From Paraglomus brasilianum (Eukaryota), in the NCBI GenBank assembly GCA_910592345.1, contig CAJVPI010000241.1, positions 1-39,883 of the forward strand: 39,883 bases of DNA, given 5' to 3'. Under the pieces are notes generated by a model. That model was not told the origin of the DNA. It did no database searches and worked only from the letters and a program-made list of their open reading frames with translations. Numbering within the stretch: the stretch's first letter is position 1; each line of letters opens with the position of its first letter. Positions 24,301-35,165 of the stretch are shown here, one piece after another. The translations under genes were made by a program, and so were the position numbers.

Positions 24301-27300
24301 TAATTTACGAATTTACATAATTAGATTTTATTAATCTTATTGAGCAACGAAGAGATTATCGTCTTTGATCCAAGATATATGCAAGAGAGTGAAAAATCAG
24401 ACGTCAAGTCGGATGTTAAGTTAAAATCGTTGGTATATCACGACCGTTTCTCTGCCTCACTCAAGGAAACGTCGGTTCACCCACACGACGCTCACAAACC
24501 CGCTGTTGAGCTAGCTTATTATCATAGCTTACGCGTTTATAAGGGGCTGGTATTCTTGCTCGTATGTGAATAAGACTGTTTCTATAATGCTTGGTGGATT
24601 GGTGTTATGTATCTTTTTCTGATTACAACGTTATTGAATTACTTGCATGTATACAGGGTGTAAGGGAATTTTACGTTGGGGCGCTGTTATCATGGACTGA
24701 TCGTATATTAGCCCTTGTACAGTCAGGAGACTTGGTAGAAGCAATTTCCTTAGCTACCTTTTTCTACAATGGCACTCCATCACAGACGATTCTTGGGCTA
24801 CCGGATGATGAAGAGAATAGGCATGCAATAGTAGGGAAAAGGTTGATGGAATTACTTACTGCCTCCCTCACCTTCACATTCTCGGATGAACGCACGTACG
24901 ATGGCATGGCGGACGAGCACAGCGGAGATGGTACTACTCTCTTTCGTGATTTGGCAGTCGCATGTATCGAAGCATGTCTAAGTATGAACATAAAAGACTT
25001 CTTATTCGCCGATATATACGAAAAATACGAACAGGCATTGGTCAAAGGAGTATTTCTGGAGGTATTGGGACCATACATCATTAAAGACAAGATAAAAGAT
25101 CTACCTCCATCCATAATGAAAGATCTCGTAACTCATTACCGTAATCGAAATATGTTGGATATTGTGGAGCGATGTATATGGCATATTAATCCGCAATGTC
25201 TGGATATCGATCAGGTAGTTCAACTGTGTCAAAGCGAAAATTTGTATGACGCGTTGATATATGTATGGAACAGATCTATGGTCGATTATGTCAGCCCGGC
25301 TGTACAACTGCTTGATGTTATTCGAAAGATTTTAATACTGGAAAAGCACAGACGTAAGAAAAACAAATACGCTAATGATGAGATCTCGAATGTAGATGAT
25401 GGGGACGGCAGCGAGGATTTGGAGACAATGAAGTCCAATGCTTGCAAGTTCTACGTTTATCTAGAAAACATTCTCACCGGACGAACTTATCCAAACAAAG
25501 CACCATTGAACGAAGACGAGGCGAACGAGGCCCGCACTACTCTCTACTCGTTTGTATTTTCGGGCAGATGTGTTGTATGGCCTCATCACGGCGGTGATCT
25601 AGTATTGACTGCTGAAGACGAAAAGCGTGGAGCTGAACCAACATATCCATATCTACGTCTATTCCTTCGATTTGACACGAAAGCCTTCTTAAGGGCACTA
25701 GAAGCTGCTTTTGAAGATTCATATTTGAATGGAGTTGAAATCATTACGAATGGAGAAGAGTTTTACGATGAAGAGGAAATGCCTGGAATAATCATAAACC
25801 GGCAATTACTTGTTAATATTTTACTTGAAGTCATGACATCGAATAATGGTCATTCGGAATTCACTCCATTGGACATTTCATATTTGCACAGTTTCGTCGC
25901 CCGTAGTCTTCCTAAATATCCGCAATTCTTATCACTTCCGACACCCGCTATACACAATATACTAGTGACATTGAGCACAGATACTGATCCACGTACTAGA
26001 GAGGAACGACAATTGGCTGTTGAGTGTCTCCTGTCTATATATACTCCGACTGATGAGGATCAAATGGTTGAATTATATGAAAATGCTGGATTCTGGAGAG
26101 TGTTAGAACACGTATATAAAGCATATCAGAAGTATGGTCTCCTCGTCACTACTTATCTTAAGGATCCAGAAAGACGTCAAGAACTGTTTAATTGTATTCG
26201 ACTATTACTGGATCCGCAGAGTAAGCTGAAAGATGAACAAAAAAAAGAAGTATCGACAACCGTCATGTCGATGATTGAAGATATAGTCGACATAGATGGC
26301 GAACAAACTGCCCGATTAATACAAACATACTTTAACGGAGAACATGAAACTGTTATAAAGAAGCTAGAATCAACTCCTGTTCGTCTATTTACATATCTAC
26401 GAGGACTTCTCGAACCAGAACACGAACACGAATCACCTATTCATATAGAAGAACAAATCACACTTGCCGAGGCACAGCCTTACCTGCCAGTCGTCAAACC
26501 CGAAGTTCATGAACAGTATATTGCTCTTATGTGTAAATTCGATCCAACTGGCGTTTATAATTATTTACAAACTCATCAAGACGGAGCATATCGTTTGGAG
26601 AAAGTGCTTCCAATATGTGATGCCACTGGGATTGTTGACGCTATAGTATGGATACTGGAGAGAAGTGGTAATGCCTCGGGTGCTCTTGATAAAGTATTAG
26701 AAATAGTGCAAGAAAGACGACAAGACATCATTGCACTAATCGAAGAGAAGAAAAAATCAGATAGTGATGCGTGGTCGCTGTCTGAAAGACAACGCGTTGA
26801 GACCAATTTGATGAAGTTAAAAGGAGTCCTGAAGATTGGTATTCAATTATGTGAAAACAGCTGTCGTCGTGCTACTGCAGCTGTGAATACTACTGACACT
26901 AAAGCTCCATCAATTCCTAATAGAGCAACCGAGAGTGAAACCGAATTGCTCTGGTTTAAACTTCTGGATACGTTCTTAGATGCAACCAAGGCTATATCGT
27001 CAATATTAACAACTCAATTTCCAGCTGTATTACCTGCCAATAAGGATACGCTCGATTCTCCTGCAGCCGTTGTCAGGCCCATACTACCCGTGCCAGCCCA
27101 CATTGCTAATCATCTAATAACGACATTCAAATCTTATGTACAACTGATTATGCGTTCTTTATTACTATCCACGTCTTCCCCATACGTGTCTTTGCCGAGA
27201 TTACTACTTCGCTTTATCCAATCTCAATCCAAGAGGAACAGTACAGTGGCGGATTTCCGTGATATTTTCGTTGGCATGATTGATACGTACAAATATGAAG

Positions 27301-27995
27301 GTCAGTTACTGGCTATGACCAACCGACTGTTTGAAAAGGACTTGTTCGGGGGTGTAGCAGGTGTTGTTCGACAGCGTGGTAAAGGATGGCGTCCTCGCAG
27401 GGGGACTTGTGAAGTATGTGGGGGTCAATTCTGGGGTACAGATCTGACCCCGACAGCCCCCTGCACGTCAACAAATTGGAATTCAGACACAAAGCGAACG
27501 CCCCATTCATCCACTATATCAAACAATGACAATTCTGCAGATGTCATCCCGAATCTGGCGGCTCTGGAAGAGACTCTTCAGTCGGAAGAAGGCTCATCGA
27601 AACCGAATGCGAATGCGAAAACGGATACAGATACGAATAGACCTTCCTCTTCTTCCTCTTCTCTGCTGAACGAGAACGATCTGGTGTTATACCGATGTGG
27701 CCACGGGTACCACCGCAGATGTCTCGAGAGCGATTCTAACAGTGATGCAGAGAATAGTGAATTAGAGACGAAGTGTTCTGTCTGTCAGACTGAAAAACGA
27801 CATGAAAATCTGATATCCCCAGAGATTCGACGAGGATCCATTGAAAGTAGCGTCATATTGAAGAGTAAGGGGAAGGAAAGAGTTGTGAGTTATTTTAAAT
27901 TATAATTGATGCGACAAAGTGTTGTTCTGATTCGAAGTACAGTAAAGTATTTTCTTTTTTTTAACTGAATTCTGCATTTGTATTTGCAGGTTTAA
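21355..27995 (+). CDS. VPS8: CORVET complex subunit Vps8 (WD40 + Vps8 domain + helical repeats + C-terminal RING), 12 exons
   Basis: Exons 21355-21683, 21781-21866, 21961-22227, 22334-22440, 22533-22853, 22995-23091, 23191-23441, 23579-23797, 23901-24254, 24325-24561, 24657-27884, 27990-27995. WD40 motifs FIAIGTTRGLVLVY and GAVTSLAISSD..CGHAQGHIIIWDI; Vps8 core LPPSIMKDLV..VERCIWHINPQCLDIDQVVQLC..NLYDALIYVWNR..DYVSP; split RING CEVC...CGHGYHRRC...CSVC. Confidence 0.95.
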
Positions 27996-28458
27996 TGTAA
28001 AAAGCGAATAAGCGAACATGATAAGATAAGAAATAGAAAATGGTTTGTTTTGTAATATTCTTTTTTGACAGCAATTATAACTTATAATGGATTTGACAAT
28101 GACTATTCAACTTGTTACCCCATCTTTGAATTTAACGTCCAGCGAAAAAAAAAAAGACATATCAATGCTATTACATGGTATCGGCTTTCTGTGAAATAAT
28201 TGCCTCGTGGGTTACGTTTCTTGTTGGCCTTGTGTATTGAATGGCTATTAGCTTTCTTCAAATAACTCCGTGGAATAAGTTATTGTTATTCGTTGACTTC
28301 TGGATGTTACTCGTTAATTTTTATTCTGTTTTATTTTATTCATCTTTGTTTTGTAGATTTATCATTATGTGTATGCTATGTTTTATAATAGTCATCTAGA
28401 TTTTGGGGGAATTTGATATACTCGAATAAAGAGCTTGTATTTTAAGTAAAATTGTATC

Positions 28459-28528
28459 AATCCACCTAATGAATGGCGGGAGTTGTGCAGCTGGTATTCC
28501 TGCGGCGATGACTAGTGGATTAACAGTG
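28459..28528 (+). ncRNA. Candidate H/ACA-like guide hairpin
   Basis: Stem AATCCAC/GTGGATT, upper stem GCGGGA/TCCTGC, ACA at 28523-28525, 16 nt from the pocket. Pocket strands CTAAT and GATGAC complement LSU rRNA GUCAUC-U-A-AUUAG. No H box or 5' hairpin partner found. Confidence 0.35.
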
Positions 28529-28869
28529 TTAAGATTGATATCGATCGTAAGTAGTATTTACTTTTTGTTTCTAGACGAGTTTCTATGTAAGTTGTGACAT
28601 CGAAAAAGAGGATCGCATCTGCTTCATTCGACTAACTGAATCTACTCAAGTATGTTTCTATTGATTTACAGCTGAAGTAAGTATGTGAATTAGAAAGACG
28701 ACAATAGAACAGTCCACCTTCGGATAAAGTTTATCGCTTGCTTTTACGGGCTACGGTGAATGTAATGACGGACTTCGTTGCGCGTTACTAGTTTAATTTT
28801 TATTTGTCAATCTTGTGTTTCATCAAAAGTTGACCAATAGAGTTTGAATCAGACGCGAAATAAATAGTT

Positions 28870-29158
28870 GATCCGTAAGACCAGTGATTGATACTCTTAG
28901 GCGCATGGGCACTGTAGTTGCAGGAGAAAATACTTGCTTTACATCAACTCCACGGTGGTGTTTCTAGGTGTCAATCTCCGGATTAAACACCGTATACTCT
29001 GATTCACCGCTTACACGATAAGTGCCCATGCTGCATACAGGACTGATCCCAAGTTTTGCATGGTAAGAATGTCAATTACCAGCTTCAAACCTGTTCTTGT
29101 TTATACATTCTGATGGCCTACTTGAAGTTTTCTGACTTCATTAACGGATTCTTTTTTT
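28870..29158 (+). ncRNA. Candidate structured non-coding RNA of unknown family
   Basis: Nested helices: 28903-28913/29021-29031 (11 bp perfect), 28957-28963/28985-28991, 29061-29066/29076-29081, 29082-29088/29122-29128, and terminal 28870-28876/29144-29150, followed by T7. Stops in all three + frames and no ORF-track call on -. Confidence 0.4.
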
Positions 29159-29614
29159 GGGTCTAACCGTCCATGCAGTGGTTTACTATTACTATTACTA
29201 TTTTTGGTTTTACAACATTTGTAATAACTAATTGTTTATCTAACACACTATGAGAGAAAATAAATGGCTCTGCCAGCCAAACATTAATAGAAAAGGCTTG
29301 CATTATTAAGTCACTGACAATATCGCTACAAATTGATCGCCATTGGTATAATTAAGGTTATTATTTATTATTTATTATTGGTCACTGTAAATAGGGACGT
29401 CGCAAGACAAATAACAATAATCCAAATCATTTTTATCTGTAATGCAACTCGTAGAAAAACATGTACTTTGTAGGCTCAGTAATGTATAATGCAACGCAGC
29501 TACGATTAATGAATATTGGTAGATAAAACTTATCCATTCTATTTAACCAACCATGTGCGTATTGGATCTTCAGCGGTGACATTCTTTCCTGTGCCATTTG
29601 TTATGTTCCAAAAA

Positions 29615-30849
29615 CTATAGTTTGCTCCAAACACTACCCTTCTCACTATGCAGTTCATCCAAGTTGATCTTAACGATGGCTTCAAGTACAGCCTCCCCAG
29701 CCTGTTTTTCCAAAAACTTCACTCTGTCGGGAGAAACAAAGTCGTTGTTCTTCCTATTGGCATATACCATCATAGCAGCTGCGACCTTGATACTGTGTTT
29801 CTTGCTCTTATCTTTGAGTGGATGATTATTACTAGCTCCTGCCATTCGATACAGGATCGCCGTCTCCATTTCCATTGTCTGTGTACGTGGGTAGACAGTT
29901 GTAATGTAAGAGATTACGGATGAGTTGTAGTCATCAAAGTTGACGTCCGTTCGTCCCTGTGAAGAATAGAAGCTATCGCATGAAGCGTCTAGACCGACGT
30001 AGACTTCAGGTTGGGGAAATCGTTTATAGATCTCCGATTTGAGCTGCGAAGTAGAAATAAAAGATTTAAACGTAAGCCCTATTAGTAAATATATAGAATG
30101 AATTTACTCTTACTCATATAGTATATACACCTGTTTATGCAGTTGATCATCGGCATGGTACACCTTTGACAAGTTGTATCGAGACCTCGTCGAATCATCT
30201 TCACCATCCTCAGCATAATCATAGTTTTTAGTAACTACAAATGCGCCATCGGGAACTACCATCGATCCAGTTTCTGCTGATCCTATTGTTCCGCATGAAC
30301 CCATCCTGATAATTGCCAATTCGCCATCTACTACTGCTCTAACTTCTCTAACAAAGAAGTCTACCATCGCAAAACCCTAGGATAATGTTATGTCGAATCG
30401 GCAAAGAACAAACGGTAGTTGGTAGACTGCTCACTATTCTTGTTTGATTAGTTTAGAGTATTACTCACCATTCCAATCGCTACTATGCTCACTGGCACTC
30501 CTTTGTATCTTCCGGTAATGGTAAGAAAATTTCTTTCTGACTGCACGACGTATGGACTCGGAGCCTGATCAAGAAGTTCAGCTAGAACCTTTGCTCTGCT
30601 ATGATCGCCAACTGTTATAATTCTATTGGCAACTTTTTTTATGTAAAATAAATTGACCAAGTTAATATAGCTAATGTGAATGATAGTAACGACCAAAAAA
30701 AGTAGCTCTGGTCACCACGCAGAGTTAGTAACGCTATTACGAGCAATAGATATTATGACGTTCTTCCTACCTTCTCCTCTCTTGACTCCAACATGATAAA
30801 CCCTTCCTTCTGAAGTCTTTGGAAAATTTGCGTCTGCTACTTCTTTCAT
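29615..30849 (-). CDS. Uridine/purine nucleoside phosphorylase (PNP_UDP_1 family), 4 exons
   Basis: Exons 30849-30771, 30632-30469, 30376-30131, 30043-29615. Motifs ANFPKTSEGRVYHVG, ANRIITVGD..RA, ITGRYKGVPVSIVAIGMG, IIRMGSCG, DSFYSSQGR, MEMET. Confidence 0.93.
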
Positions 30850-32765
30850 TGTGAACGATTGTGAATGAACAAACCATCATAACCGAAGTTATTGTCTCTA
30901 TAATGAATTTGCCAACCAATAAGTCGAAAGCCCCTCAAACCTGAATTAAGTCGTTATTATTATTATCCCCAATAGTTGGACGAAGCGCCATTGTGATTCA
31001 ATTAGCGTTAGTATGGTATAGCTTCTGTCGATCAAAAAAAGCTGCGGCTTTCAATCCGTTCCAATAGTGGCAGTTATTTCAAAAGTAATTATACGGAAGC
31101 CTATGTGCTGGTTCTTGTGACAATTATAAATATAGGAAGGTTTAACAGTAAGTACAAGATGAAGGCCGTCGACACAAAATTTTGGTTCGTGGGGAAATTA
31201 AGAGATATTCTCTATAGATGACACCCTATTTATAGTAAGTCATCGCATTAACGATAATCCGAATGCACCCCGGTAAGTCTTTCTAGTGGTCGACTTAATA
31301 CAGCATTAATACATTAATGACCAGACCATTCATGCCGTTACGTCATAGTTTCCTATTTATGACCTTTTCACTTCGTCGAGGATCATATTGTTCTTGTTTA
31401 TTTGCTCACAAGAGTCATTTGTTTAAAGATGTCTTATTCGTCCTTGTCCGTATGAAGAAACTGCGATGTTATATGTATTAACAAAATTAATGGGATTAAT
31501 AGTAGCGATTAGATTAGAAGTGTTGTAATTTTCATTTAGTTGTTAACTATTTGAGAACAATAATACCAGTAGTAGTGGCCTTTCCTATATAAGACTGGTG
31601 ATAGAAATAAATCAATGGGATGACAGCAAACATGCTAATACATCCATTCATATCTAATAATTTCCATCAAGTCACTTGCTGTTTTATTAACAATTGACTC
31701 ACATTCTGTATAATTAGATGGAGACTAATATGGTGCCGGAAGTCATAACTCGACAATAAAATGGTATGATTTTAAAACCTTTCAACTCCCCCAAAAATTT
31801 ATGTTATTAAAAACTGACCGGGAACTTCCTTCTTCATGATAAGGTCTACAAAGTTACCGGTCAGATTTTTAAATATAGTCTGTATGAAAAGTTATAAGCA
31901 TTTAAACTTGGGTTACTGTTATATGATCAGTATAACAAAACTCGAAATTTGGAGTTGTTCTTCGAAGATAAAAATTTCTTATTGTAGATGCAGCAATGGC
32001 TTTTCTTATGAATTCAAACGCCATTTTGTTAAATAAAAATTTTAATTCTTTTGTTGTATAATCGTATTAGGTCGTTCCACAACGTTTCGATTTCTGGCGA
32101 GTAAATTTTGTTCACTGCCGACAGTTTTGTTATGGATTGTAGCTTCATTGTTTGAATTAAGGCTCCCGTATTATTAAGCCGATCATTACAAAGTATGCCA
32201 TTTAGCAACAGACCAAGAACGAAGCCCAAAAAGGAATTCGCTTGTGAACGTAAGCATTTATGTAGTGTTATTGGTGGAAGTTGTAAACAATATTTATTGC
32301 GTTGTTAACCAGTAATAAAATATCCGTTTGTTCATCATGATCATTAGACAAACACGCACGAAGTTTTTCCATTAATTCTGGTTCAATTTGGAGTTACATT
32401 GTAGAAAGTTCCTAATAATACGTCATTGATTAAGCCACAGATTACATCGCGCGAGACATCCTTTGAACTGACCAAAATGAAGACTGTGATGGAACCCGGC
32501 GTGAAAAATGCCTCGAAGCTGGCTGTACTGTGGAGAATTTGCCTCAGCTGACTTGAATAAGATAACTAGTCATCATGCTAGCAGGCATGAGAAAACTCTA
32601 GGTAACGACTTTGTGAATCGGGTGTTGGGGACGTAGAGCAGGTATACGTGTGTACATAGATTAGAGTAGACGTAGTAGTATGGGTTGTAATGTAACTTTT
32701 CACAATTTTATTTTGATAAAGTTGCTAACTAGTTTTCTATTTATTGGGCTGCTTGTGCTTCCTGT

Positions 32766-33148
32766 ATGGCAGCTGAGGAAGCTGAAAGTCTGACTTCAAC
32801 ATTCAAAGAAACACTGATGGAGGAAGTAAAAACAACGATCGAAAAGGTATGTACTATGTACGAGACTGTCTTGACACTATTATTCTCCAGTCTGATGCCC
32901 AATTGCTTCTAGCTTTGCAGGAGAGCCAGAGGCATACAGTCTCCATCTCGAGAGTCTCCAAGGGCGATTATGAACAACTTCTCCAGACGTTGGGTCTCAA
33001 ATTGGAATCAATTGATTATGACATAGAGAGCACAACAAGGCATATTTATCCTTTTTGTTGGATAAATGATTGCACAGAAAATACCCAAAAAGGCAAGTAC
33101 CTTGCATGGCTTCAAAGAAACATTGATGTTGTTATACAACGAATTTAA
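32766..33148 (+). pseudogene. Truncated Crinkler-like effector fragment
   Basis: Exon to 32846, intron, then SISRVSKGDYEQLLQTLGLKL...PFCW...ENTQKGKYLAWLQRNI, resembling the F.W....E..Q...Y..WL..N segment that precedes REase domains in CRN-type proteins; the frame ends abruptly. Confidence 0.45.
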
Positions 33149-33228
33149 CAATAACATTTAAATAGCGATTTATGATTAATATTATTAGTATTAGTATGTC
33201 AGATTTAGTGACAATAGCTATGGACCAT

Positions 33229-33751
33229 TTAGATTTTAGAATAGCTATAGCCAACTTTACAATTCCCACAACAATTCCTGTGAGGTCTTAATGATTCATC
33301 TCTGTCCACTCGGAAACCATCTGGTTGAAATGGATATTTTGGAGATCAATATTCCCATGTAATTCCCATACATGTGGTATATGATTTCACCTCAGGCAAT
33401 GCAAACCTGCTCTATGAGGGTCTACTTCCAGAACATTGAAAATTTATGGATCTGACTGGAGCATATTGTTTGAACCAGAAATCTGAAAAATATTCATGTG
33501 CTAACCTCCTGCTGGATCTTGAGCTGCTGCTTTTTGAATGTATGCACAAAGCATGATGCTTTGATACCTTGATAGAAAGCTATGTGTATGCCCCATAAAC
33601 TTAGGTCTTCATCATTGCCACATGTCATCCAGAACCATAACTCTCAATCATTATTAGTTGGCATCTTAGTTTTTTTCTTTAGATCACTGGCTTTAATACT
33701 GGGTTTAATCTTGGCTTTTAATTCAGCTTGTAATTCCACATTTTTAGACAT
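33229..33751 (-). pseudogene. Decayed intronless gene of unknown family
   Basis: MSKNVELQAELKAKIKPSIKASDLRKK..., then a shifted frame ...EYFSDFWFKQYAP...RPHRNCCGNCKVGY..* with TAG/TGA stops consistent with C-to-T decay. Confidence 0.4.
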
Positions 33752-33892
33752 GGTCTTTCTCTAATTGCTCTAACTTGCTGTGACAAGCATTAGGCAAATC
33801 AAAAGTTTAATACTTCGTGTAATGGTTCTTGTTGCAAACTCTTGATAACTGAAGTGGGATATTTATAGTCTATAAATATCCCACTTAGTCTG

Positions 33893-34187
33893 GACTATAA
33901 CCACCCCAATGGGAATTAGCACTTAAATTGGTTAAAATAGGAATATTTTTGATGGAATTAGCACCTAAATCGGTTAAATTTTGTTAATATTAAGAGACTA
34001 TAACCGTCCCAAGATGATGAGTTTGTCGTCATTCGATGACAACAAGTTTGCGATTGCGTCGTCATTTTAAGTGGTGACGAGTTTGCATTTGCAGGGGTTG
34101 GCTTGCTGTGGAGATAATTGAAAAAAAATTTTGTTATTTGGCTAAGTGACGATAAGGTTGCATTTGTGTCGTCTTTCGAGTGACGAT
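33893..34187. repeat. Cluster of short direct repeats
   Basis: GGAATTAGCACYTAAATYGGTTAAA at 33912 and 33954; GACTATAACC at 33893 and 33996; about 4 degenerate GAYGA...TTGC...GTCGTC units in 34013-34187. Confidence 0.65.
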
Positions 34188-34190
34188 GTT

Positions 34191-34269
34191 GTACATCGGT
34201 TCGGGACCATCTCAGTCTAGAACTCAGTCATCTCAGTCCAGAACTGAGACAGGTTCCGAACTGAGGTAC
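34191..34269. repeat. 79-bp inverted-repeat mini element
   Basis: GTACATCGGTTCGGGACC matches the reverse complement of GGTTCCGAACTGAGGTAC at 15/18; internal direct repeat CATCTCAGTC(T/C)AGAACT twice. Confidence 0.7.
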
Positions 34270-35165
34270 CACTCAAGTATAATAAAGACAAATATAAAAT
34301 TTCTTAATGTGAAAGGGACAGCAATCGGCACGTTTTTTATGCCGTACGGCTGCGAAGCAAAGCGACTTTCGTCGCACGTTTTTACCAAATTTACCTGATT
34401 TACACTTTCTATTTGAATTAAGACCATTATACGTATTCAATGGATATCAAAGAAAATTTACGTAATTCTTTTTTGCATGGAGTAGTGGGGATACCAAGGC
34501 GGGTTTCATATTCCCGCTTATATTTTAGGAAATCATCTTTGTCCCTACTCTCGCGTTCTTTTTTCCAGTAATTAATATTATCCCGAAATTCAAAGGCAAC
34601 CTTGTCTCTTCATTGTTCCAATTTTTCTCGCGGCATTTCGAATTTTTGCTGTAAAAAAACTGCTCACTGATAATTATTTTTGAATTGAAATAATATTTGT
34701 CATAGTTATAGTCTGCATAACCATCCCATAAACACAATGTCGAAAATTGCTACAAATTTCGTAAATCAATACAACCTAACCCGAGGAATTAGTCAAAAAA
34801 TTGAAAGACCCCAAAGCACGGGATCAATCGAATCCAGAAATTAGGATTTAATAAAGAACAAACATACGCTCTTATTCCCGGCCGATACTTTTGGTAGCGA
34901 GTGTATTTTTTATTTGTTAAAGATCGCCGATATAAATTTAGATCCACTAATCGTCATAATTACCGTATTAGTACGAGATGAAAGAACAAATGCGCGCATT
35001 CAGAGAAAATGAATCAATTATATTCATACCGATTTTTGCTCGAATTAGTTTTTATCGGCGTAGCCCTGCACTTTGTGCATTATGAAATAGATACTATACA
35101 ACATAAACTACATGACGGTCAACTTTGGAGTTCCGACGCGTCTCACTCTTGCTATATCCTTATAC

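Noticed and set aside
24764..27510. Several antisense or alternate-frame ORFs inside VPS8 (likewise inside TKL1 and the NTPase-REase gene)
   Set aside because: Shadow ORFs with no motifs, fully explained by the main CDS.
28459..28545. Resemblance to group I intron P/Q/R elements (AATGGCGGGA, ATTCCTGCGGC, GACTA)
   Set aside because: No room for P6 and no downstream TAGTC to complete P7; the S element does not match.
28547..28574. GTAAGT...TAG read as an intron extending an MNGGSCAAG... peptide
   Set aside because: Only 28 nt, far shorter than the other introns here, and the joined frame ends almost immediately.
34013..34187. CRISPR-like repeat/spacer appearance
   Set aside because: Units are degenerate and irregularly spaced, the context is eukaryotic, and there are no cas genes.
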